The translations under genes were made by a program, and so were the position numbers. Below the pieces are notes generated by a model. It was given only the letters and a program-made list of their open reading frames with translations, was not told the DNA's origin and made no database searches. Positions 8,334-14,142 of a stretch of 14,142 nt of DNA are shown here, piece after piece (position 1 is the first letter of the stretch; each line of letters starts with the position of its first letter). Source of the stretch: Verrucomicrobia bacterium UBA3869. Its GTDB lineage: Bacteria; Verrucomicrobiota; Verrucomicrobiia; Opitutales; UBA9783. Location of the stretch: NCBI GenBank assembly GCA_002392285.1, contig DGGR01000034.1, forward strand, positions 1 to 14,142, read 5' to 3'.

Positions 8334-9140
8334 ATGGTGATTACTCCTTCTGAATTAGCGCGGCAGGTACGCTTGGATGCTTTGGATATGATTAACAAAG
8401 CACGTTCTTCGCACCTGGGAAGTAACTTTTCTATCGCGGATTTATTAGCGGTCTTATATACCCGTTTTTTAAGCTTTGACGCCGCACGCCCTCAGTGGGA
8501 ACAGCGCGATCGCTTCTTGTTGAGCAAGGGGCATTCAGTGGCTGTTTTATATAGCGTTTTGGCGCGCGTGGGATTTTTTTCGCCCGAGCGCTTAAAAACC
8601 TTTTATCAAAGCGGAAGCGATTTGTTAGGGCATGCGCATGCAAGCGTTCCAGGTATTGAACTATCAACCGGCAGCTTAGGACATGCATTGGGGGTTGCAA
8701 CTGGCATTGCGTTAGCCGGCAAGCGTAAAAACCAAGGATTTAAAACGGTTGTGTTGTTGTCCGATGGCGAATTGGATGAAGGGTCTGTTTGGGAAGCTAT
8801 TTTGTTCGCACAACATCATCAATTGAGCAACCTATACGCTATTATTGATTACAATAAGATTCAGAGTTTGGATCGCGTTGACAATGTGTTGCGCTTGGAG
8901 CCATTAAGAGCTAAATGGGAAGCATTTAACTGGGAAGTGTTAGAATGCGACGGCCATGATTATGCTGCCATCGAAGCTCAATTGAAAGCCTTTCGTTCGT
9001 CTACTCAACCCCATGTGTTGATTGCGCATACGGTTAAGGGGAAAGGTGTATCGTTTATGGAGGATACGGTTCTATGGCATTATCGAAGCCCGGATGCAAC
9101 GGAATATGCAGCTGCTAAAAAGGAGTTAGATCATGCGTGA
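8334..9140 (+). CDS. Transketolase, N-terminal (ThDP/PP-binding) subunit of a split transketolase
   Basis: Motifs LSKGHSVAVLYSVLA, GSLGHALGVATGIALA, VLLSDGELDEGSVWEA and IIDYNKIQ. The 268-aa size is typical of the split form. Confidence 0.88.
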   Translation: MVITPSELARQVRLDALDMINKARSSHLGSNFSIADLLAVLYTRFLSFDAARPQWEQRDRFLLSKGHSVAVLYSVLARVGFFSPERLKTFYQSGSDLLGHAHASVPGIELSTGSLGHALGVATGIALAGKRKNQGFKTVVLLSDGELDEGSVWEAILFAQHHQLSNLYAIIDYNKIQSLDRVDNVLRLEPLRAKWEAFNWEVLECDGHDYAAIEAQLKAFRSSTQPHVLIAHTVKGKGVSFMEDTVLWHYRSPDATEYAAAKKELDHA

Positions 9141-10038
9141 TAGCTTTGTTGAATGTCTACGGCAGGCAGCCATTAAGGATCCGAGTATCCTGTTGTTAAC
9201 GGGAGATTTGGGATTTGGGGTTCTCAACCGCTTTATAGAAAGCATACCGCAGCAGTGTATTAACATGGGAATTGCCGAGCAAAACATGACTGGGGTCGCG
9301 GCAGGATTAGCTTTGGAAGGTTATCGGGTATTTACCTATTCCATCGGTAATTTTAGCAGTTTACGTTGCTTGGAACAGATTCGTAACGATGTTTGTTATC
9401 CAAAAGTAAACGTTCATATTATTTCGATTGGTAGCGGTTTGGGTTATGGTTCATTGGGGATGAGCCACCATGCAACTGAGGATGTTAGTATTTTACGGAG
9501 TTTACCGAATTTGGCCGTTTATAGCCCTTCGGATTACGCAGAAGTTATAGCTGTTGCTCAAGCGTGTTTGACTGAATCGGGACCAAGCTATATCCGTTTG
9601 CCGCGTATTAAGGCCGACACTCAAGCGTTACGGTCGGTTAAGGTGGATACTTGCAATGGATTCGGAGCCGACCAACAACAGCCGTTGGTTTTGCTGACTC
9701 ATGGCTCCTGTTTGGCTCAAGCGCAAGCGATAGCGGAGCAAATTCCTTGCGCTATTTATACCGTTCCGCGCATTAAACCCTTGCCGACCAATCTGGAGGC
9801 TATTCTCAAAGGTCGTACGCAGGTCATTACCTTGGAACAGCACAATTTAGACGGCGGTTTTGGTAGTGCGATTGGTGAATGGCTTTTGGATCATAGGGTT
9901 GCCCTGCCGTTGATTCGCTTAGGGTTGCCCAATATCTTTTTAACGCAAGGTGGTACCGATCAGGAATTGAGCCAACAGGCAGGATTAGGGGTTGCTCAAT
10001 GCGTGCAAACGATTCAACAACGGATGACCCATGCGTAA
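9133..10038 (+). CDS. Transketolase, C-terminal (pyrimidine-binding plus C-terminal domain) subunit
   Basis: GIAEQNMTGVAAGLALEG and GMSHHATEDVSILRSLPNL are typical of the transketolase Pyr domain. The start overlaps the N-subunit stop by 8 bp (ATGCGTGA). AAGGAG lies 7 nt upstream of the ATG. Confidence 0.88.
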   Translation: MRDSFVECLRQAAIKDPSILLLTGDLGFGVLNRFIESIPQQCINMGIAEQNMTGVAAGLALEGYRVFTYSIGNFSSLRCLEQIRNDVCYPKVNVHIISIGSGLGYGSLGMSHHATEDVSILRSLPNLAVYSPSDYAEVIAVAQACLTESGPSYIRLPRIKADTQALRSVKVDTCNGFGADQQQPLVLLTHGSCLAQAQAIAEQIPCAIYTVPRIKPLPTNLEAILKGRTQVITLEQHNLDGGFGSAIGEWLLDHRVALPLIRLGLPNIFLTQGGTDQELSQQAGLGVAQCVQTIQQRMTHA

Positions 10039-10759
10039 CGCGTTTTGGTATTGCTTGGCCATTGGAATTGCGCTTTGCCTGCTGCCGGTCATTGCCCTTT
10101 GCGCCCTTTGCGTTTATGCGTATGATCGCCATAACCCCTTTTATGTTTCGCAACGCATTGGGAAGGATGGTCGGCCGTTCACGCTCATTAAATTGCGTTC
10201 TATGCGCATGGATCCAGGGAATTGCCATCGAGATTCGACCGCTAGCAATGACCCGCGGATTACGCCCATCGGGGCTTTTATTCGTAAGTTCAAAATCGAT
10301 GAATTTACGCAAATCATCAATGTGATTAAGGGCGATATGCTGTTCGTAGGCCCTCGCCCACAGGTTCCCATTGAGGTCCAACGTTATACGAACGTAGAAC
10401 GCGGGATATTGGCGGTCAAACCAGGGATTACCGATATCGCTTCCATTGTGTTTGCCGATGAAGCGGAGCTTTTGAGCGGTTCCGACAATCCAGATTTGTT
10501 GTATGCGCAAATCGAACGACCTTGGAAGTCACGTTTGGCCTTGTTATACATCCAACATGCTTCCTTTAAGTTGGATGTACAGTTAGCGGTTTTAACGTTT
10601 ATCAATAGCTTTGCACGTCCGTGGGTTTTACGACGCTTAAGCGCTATCGTTTCAGATTGGCCAATGGATCCACCGGATTTATTGGAAATCGTTGGGCGTA
10701 CGAAAGCTCCTTATGCTTATCCAGTGCCGGGCAAGGACGAGATAATCCAAGCGCTATAA
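10031..10759 (+). CDS. Small monotopic polyprenyl-phosphate sugar-1-phosphate transferase (bacterial sugar transferase family, PglC/WbaP-C-terminal type)
   Basis: A single N-terminal hydrophobic re-entrant-type helix (FWYCLAIGIALCLLPVIALCALCVYAY). PFTLIKLRSMR, KIDEFTQIINVIKGDMLFVGPRP (with the Asp-Glu dyad) and KPGITD all align to PglC. The start overlaps the transketolase C-subunit stop by 8 bp (ATGCGTAA). Confidence 0.88.
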   Translation: MRNAFWYCLAIGIALCLLPVIALCALCVYAYDRHNPFYVSQRIGKDGRPFTLIKLRSMRMDPGNCHRDSTASNDPRITPIGAFIRKFKIDEFTQIINVIKGDMLFVGPRPQVPIEVQRYTNVERGILAVKPGITDIASIVFADEAELLSGSDNPDLLYAQIERPWKSRLALLYIQHASFKLDVQLAVLTFINSFARPWVLRRLSAIVSDWPMDPPDLLEIVGRTKAPYAYPVPGKDEIIQAL

Positions 10760-10823
10760 CCGAATTTCATTGGTGGCAATAGAGATTGCTTTTAACCAAA
10801 AATTGCTTAAATTGTTAAGCAAC

Positions 10824-12536
10824 ATGGCATCAGCGTTGGTCAGTTTATGGGGCATTTTTTGGATGCTGTTCTTTTTGGGAGCTTCCATCTTTATTCACGA
10901 ATTGGGACACTTCCTTATGGCCAAGAAACGTGGTTTGCAGGTAACCCGTTTTTCAATTGGTTTTGGGCCTAAATTGTTTGCTTGGGAACGTGGAGAGACG
11001 GAATACCGCTTGTCGTTATTTCCCATTGGCGGTTATGTTGCCATACCTCAACTGGGTATTACGCCCATTTTGGAGGGTAAAGGACAAGCACCCGCTCAAT
11101 CAATCAGCTGCTTAGACAAATGCTTGGTGGCGGTTATGGGTGCCGTATTTAACCTTTTATTCGCGATTAGCTTAGCGTGTATCTTATGGGTCTTTGGGGT
11201 GCGCATTTCTGAAAGCTATCAAACGCGGACGGTTGGTTATATTCTGCCGGATTATCAGGGGCAAGCTACACCAGCAGCTCAAGCCGGTTTGCAGGCTGGG
11301 GATGAAATTCTTTCGGTCGATGGAAGCCCGGTTAGTACCTTCACAGATATTGAAAAGAAGATTATATTGGGAACAAGAAGTGACGCAAATGGCCGTCCGC
11401 AGGCGGTTGTTGAGTATCGGCGCAAGGGTGTTGTGCAAACAGCCACCCTTAACCTGAAACGTATTAAAACCAATGAAGTAACGGGCGATGAAGTTCGGTT
11501 TAGCGGGATTATTGCGCCACAACAACAGTTGATAATCGATGGGTTTGCAGAAGCATCACCGGCGGGAAAATGTGGTTTGAAGGTAGGAGACCGCATCGTT
11601 CAGGTGGATGGCATTCCGGTTATGCATGTGGCGCAATTGCATCACCAGCTCAATGCAAAAGAGCACACATCGGTAACATTTACTTATGAACGCGATGGGT
11701 TGCTGTTTACGGTGGACTGCCCTGTTCAAAGCAATCCCTGCAAACGTGCTTGGTTGCGTTATGGAAGCGATGCTTCCTTTGTAGATTTATACGAACAAGA
11801 TGGGGCGTTGCAGGTATTGGAACGGCACGGTTTGATGTTTGCTGCATTCCCCATGGATAGCAGCATTGAAGCGGTTGATGGTAGGCCGTTCCAGCAACTT
11901 AAACCCTTGGAGGAGTACCTGGCGCGATCGGCTAATAAATGCTTTATGTTTAAAGTGGTTTCGAAGGGTCAATCAGAGATGGTGACCATCCCTAATGAGA
12001 ACCTGCCGGTTCAATTGCATCCGGAAGAAGCGATACGGCGCGTTGGAATTTTCTTTACCCAACCGACCATGCTGGTTCACCCATCGATTGTTCGCCAATT
12101 TAAGCATGCCTTTGTATCTACATTTGAAACTCTAGAGGGGTTGCTGAACCGCCATTCGGATATTAAAGTTCAACATTTGATGGGCGCGCCGGGAATCATG
12201 CGCGTGCTGTATCGTTTTTCCATCGATGATTTCTGCAGCTTGCTCAATTTCATCATTGTTTTAAACATCAACCTGGCGCTGATCAATCTGCTGCCTATTC
12301 CCGTGTTGGATGGAGGATGCATTTTATTTGCGCTTGTTGAAAAGATGCGGAAACGCGCGCTATCCAAATCCGTTGCTTTGTGGGTTCAAAACGCCTTTGC
12401 TATTCTGCTATTGAGTTTGATTGGTTATACGATCGTTTTTGATCTGTTGCGTTGGAAAGGGGATCGGATGTCAGAGGCTCATCAGGATCGATTGCAAAAG
12501 CTGATGATTGCTCCTCAAGTGCATTCTGAGCGTTGA
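10824..12536 (+). CDS. rseP: RseP-type site-2 protease (M50 zinc metalloprotease) with an enlarged periplasmic PDZ region
   Basis: HELGH at nt 10896-10910, FSIGFGP, PIGGYV, and two clear PDZ ligand-loop regions (AAQAGLQAGDEILSVDG and ASPAGKCGLKVGDRIVQVDG). NLLPIPVLDGG (the NxxPxxxLDG motif) lies in the C-terminal TM region. ATG 10824 is preferred because it puts HExxH about 25 aa from the N-terminus, as in E. coli RseP. The ORF-track start at 10770 is a TTG. Confidence 0.88.
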   Translation: MASALVSLWGIFWMLFFLGASIFIHELGHFLMAKKRGLQVTRFSIGFGPKLFAWERGETEYRLSLFPIGGYVAIPQLGITPILEGKGQAPAQSISCLDKCLVAVMGAVFNLLFAISLACILWVFGVRISESYQTRTVGYILPDYQGQATPAAQAGLQAGDEILSVDGSPVSTFTDIEKKIILGTRSDANGRPQAVVEYRRKGVVQTATLNLKRIKTNEVTGDEVRFSGIIAPQQQLIIDGFAEASPAGKCGLKVGDRIVQVDGIPVMHVAQLHHQLNAKEHTSVTFTYERDGLLFTVDCPVQSNPCKRAWLRYGSDASFVDLYEQDGALQVLERHGLMFAAFPMDSSIEAVDGRPFQQLKPLEEYLARSANKCFMFKVVSKGQSEMVTIPNENLPVQLHPEEAIRRVGIFFTQPTMLVHPSIVRQFKHAFVSTFETLEGLLNRHSDIKVQHLMGAPGIMRVLYRFSIDDFCSLLNFIIVLNINLALINLLPIPVLDGGCILFALVEKMRKRALSKSVALWVQNAFAILLLSLIGYTIVFDLLRWKGDRMSEAHQDRLQKLMIAPQVHSER

Positions 12537-12556
12537 GGATGCTCAATTTCTAGGGT

Positions 12557-13900
12557 ATGAAGGGGCAAAAGCTGACGGTTGGTTGTGTTGGGATGCTTGC
12601 TATCAGTACGCTATTGGGCTCCGATGCTACAAAACCTGCTGTACGAACTACCTTTATCCGGCCGGTTGGCGCTCGTTATGAAACGGATACGCGCGTCGAT
12701 GAGTATTTTATGTATCCCTTTGGACATGCGTATCGCGAGGCAAACAGCCGTGGTTGGATGTGCATGTTTAACCTCTTCCATTATCGAGTGTATCAGGATG
12801 GATCAACAGTAAGGTCAAACGGAACCTTTATGCCGTTTTATTTCTATCAAAGCGGATATGGGGACGAGGATTATCGGGCCATTTGGCCCATCGGCGGTAA
12901 AGCACGTGGGCTCTTAGGAAAGGAACGAACAGAATGGTTTGCGTGGCCCTTATACGTCAAAACCGTCAAACAAGGCACAATGCATGTTTGGCGTCCTTGG
13001 CCTCTATGGGATAAGAGCACTGGGGTTATACAAGGTATGGCGATTTATCCGATCGGTGGCCATTTCCGAAGCGCAGACCAAGAGGATCGGTTCTTTTTAT
13101 GGCCCTTGGGATATAAACGCCAATCGTTTAAGCAGCAGACGCTTCGCAAGGGTTTTTTGCCGTTTTATGCGTATGAAGAAACCCCTAATGTTAAGGATGT
13201 AAGCATTGGATGGCCTTTTTTTGGACGTCGGGTTGAAAAACAACCTGCGTATAAAGAACGCCGTTTGTTTTGGCCGCTGGTGGTGATTGGGGAAGGAGAA
13301 CAGCGCTGTGTGAAGCGCTACGCTCCGTTTTATACCCATTCGGAAAACAAACGAAACAACTACAGTAAAACGTGGTACTTTTGGCCGTTTATCAAGGAAC
13401 AGCGTTGGCGATCGGGGCGTGTAGATATTCACCAAGAACAGGTGTTGTATTTTCTTTTTTGGCATCAAGAGCAGTTTGAGCAGGATACCCATCGGTTTTT
13501 AGGCTCTAAAACACATTTTTGGCCCTTATACAGCTATTGGGATAATGGGCAAGGGCATAGGCAGATGCAGATGATCAGCCCCATTGAACCGATTTTTCAA
13601 AACCATGAGAAACTGCGTGACCTTTACATGCCGGTTTTTAACCTCTACCGCTACGATGAAACCCCAGAGGTGATTCAACAAAGCTTTTTGTTCAACTGCT
13701 TCAGAGAGCGCAGAACCGTGCAAACAGGAGAGGTTGAGATGGATGGTGGCTTTTTGGTGTCGTATGCCAATACCCAAAAGAAAAAAGGTTTTTCTTTGCT
13801 CAAAGGACTGATAGAATATAAAAAGGTGGACGATATTAAAACCTTTAGATTATTTTGGATTCCATTAACCTCAAAGTCGAAAGATAAGAAGAGCAAGTGA
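12557..13900 (+). CDS. Secreted Trp-rich protein of unknown family, built from a degenerate aromatic-Pro repeat with a period of about 19 aa
   Basis: The ATG is the first possible start, because an in-frame TAG lies at 12551-12553. The N-terminus MKGQKLTVGCVGMLAISTLLGSDA looks like a Sec (type I) signal peptide. By my count there are 17 Trp in 447 aa and 8 WP dipeptides. The C-terminus is a Lys-rich tail. I do not recognise any catalytic motif. Confidence 0.7.
   Translation: MKGQKLTVGCVGMLAISTLLGSDATKPAVRTTFIRPVGARYETDTRVDEYFMYPFGHAYREANSRGWMCMFNLFHYRVYQDGSTVRSNGTFMPFYFYQSGYGDEDYRAIWPIGGKARGLLGKERTEWFAWPLYVKTVKQGTMHVWRPWPLWDKSTGVIQGMAIYPIGGHFRSADQEDRFFLWPLGYKRQSFKQQTLRKGFLPFYAYEETPNVKDVSIGWPFFGRRVEKQPAYKERRLFWPLVVIGEGEQRCVKRYAPFYTHSENKRNNYSKTWYFWPFIKEQRWRSGRVDIHQEQVLYFLFWHQEQFEQDTHRFLGSKTHFWPLYSYWDNGQGHRQMQMISPIEPIFQNHEKLRDLYMPVFNLYRYDETPEVIQQSFLFNCFRERRTVQTGEVEMDGGFLVSYANTQKKKGFSLLKGLIEYKKVDDIKTFRLFWIPLTSKSKDKKSK
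12701..13648 (+). repeat. Protein-level repeat array inside the 447-aa ORF. The core is [FWYLMA]-P-[LFIV]-[FYGV] and recurs about every 16-20 residues.
   Basis: Core prolines fall at aa 54, 93, 111, 131, 149, 165, 183, 202, 220, 240, 257, 277, 323, 342 and 359. Example cores: FMYPFG, FMPFYF, AIWPIGG, FAWPLYV, RPWPLWD, AIYPIGG, FLWPLGY, FLPFYAY, IGWPFFG, LFWPLVV, YAPFYTH, YFWPFIK, HFWPLYS, YMPVFNL. The wider gaps (54 to 93 and 277 to 323) contain degenerate copies (MFNLFHY, LYFLFWH). The repeat is degenerate at the DNA level and is not a nucleotide tandem repeat. Confidence 0.6.
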
Positions 13901-14142
13901 AAGTAATACAGGATTGGCGTTATGCGTTCATTTTGTTGGGTCAAACCCTCAATGAACTGTGCTATTTGTCGACCCAATGGCAACGTTATATACGCCATTG
14001 CTGCAATATGGGTTATCAAACCTTGCTGATTGTAGCCATTTTGAGCTTATCGGTGGGGGGTATTTTAGCTTTACAAACAGGATTTAGCCTTAGCTCGTTC
14101 CCCGGCGCTCAAAGCTACTTAGGCAGTATTGCTGGATTAGCG
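13897..14142 (+). CDS. mlaE: MlaE/YrbE-type ABC transporter permease (phospholipid/lipid trafficking family), N-terminal 82 codons. It is 3'-truncated by the window edge.
   Basis: This ORF is not in the supplied track because it runs off the window. Frame 1 is closed by a TAA at 13885-13887, so GTG 13897 is the first possible start. It overlaps the upstream stop in a GTGA. The translation is VKVIQDWRYAFILLGQTLNELCYLSTQWQRYIRHCCNMGYQTLLIVAILSLSVGGILALQTGFSLSSFPGAQSYLGSIAGLA. This aligns with the E. coli MlaE N-terminus (...[51 protein letters not shown]). Confidence 0.72.
   Translation, partial: MKVIQDWRYAFILLGQTLNELCYLSTQWQRYIRHCCNMGYQTLLIVAILSLSVGGILALQTGFSLSSFPGAQSYLGSIAGLA

Noticed and set aside
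9827-10510. A 227-aa ORF on the minus strand, the longest unannotated ORF in the window, together with the 108-aa plus-strand ORF at 9999-10325.
   Set aside because: Both lie entirely inside, antisense to, or out of frame with the well-supported transketolase C-subunit and phosphoglycosyltransferase genes. Their translations show no motif I recognise and have an odd composition (R/N/I/A rich). The local stop-codon paucity is explained by the GC-rich, Ala/Leu/Cys-encoding membrane-helix region. I treated them as shadow ORFs.
12557-12590. A possible lipoprotein lipobox at LTVG-C (Cys10) in the repeat protein.
   Set aside because: Only 9 residues precede the Cys, with a 4-residue hydrophobic stretch, which is too short for a lipoprotein signal peptide. 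Position -3 is Thr rather than Leu. A type I signal peptide ending around SDA (aa 22-24) fits better.
13097-14019. Minus-strand ORFs at 13097-13492 (131 aa), 13526-13777 (83 aa) and 13675-14019 (114 aa).
   Set aside because: They are antisense to the repeat-protein gene and the mlaE start. The translations are low-complexity (K/R/F/L rich) with no recognisable motifs. The plus-strand reading has the signal peptide, the regular repeat and the MlaE homology.
1-14142. A search across the whole window for CRISPR repeats, transposase/integrase genes, inverted terminal repeats, toxin-antitoxin pairs, restriction-modification systems or other defence islands.
   Set aside because: No periodic DNA repeats or spacer-like architecture were seen by eye. 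Every long ORF has a housekeeping or envelope assignment, or is the repeat protein discussed in the findings. I cannot support any mobile-element or defence-system call here.

Overview
This 14.1 kb window is densely coding, with moderate GC by eye (not computed). It looks like a chromosomal cell-envelope and housekeeping neighbourhood of an LPS-making (diderm) bacterium. The lineage cannot be assigned from the sequence alone. The gene order does not follow the classical proteobacterial layout. Plus strand, left: the 3' part of ftsH, then def, then a 627-aa fusion of an LpxL-type lipid A late acyltransferase to a GT9 (heptosyltransferase-type) glycosyltransferase. These three are chained by ATGA stop/start overlaps. 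Minus strand, middle: an M42 aminopeptidase, a PpiD-like membrane-anchored periplasmic chaperone, and a YacP/Rae1-like NYN nuclease. Plus strand, right: a DegT-family sugar aminotransferase, a split transketolase (N and C subunits), and a small PglC-type polyprenyl-phosphate sugar phosphotransferase. These are followed by an enlarged RseP site-2 protease, a 447-aa secreted Trp-rich repeat protein of unknown family, and the 5' end of an MlaE-type ABC permease that starts 4 bp inside the repeat protein's stop. I found no rRNA, tRNA, CRISPR array, transposase, integrase, phage gene or recognisable defence system. The best candidates for something undescribed are, in order: (1) the aromatic-Pro repeat protein translationally coupled to mlaE and sitting directly after rseP; (2) the LpxL-GT9 fusion; (3) the aminotransferase, split-transketolase and phosphoglycosyltransferase cassette. 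All functional calls rest on motif recognition by eye. No database search was possible.
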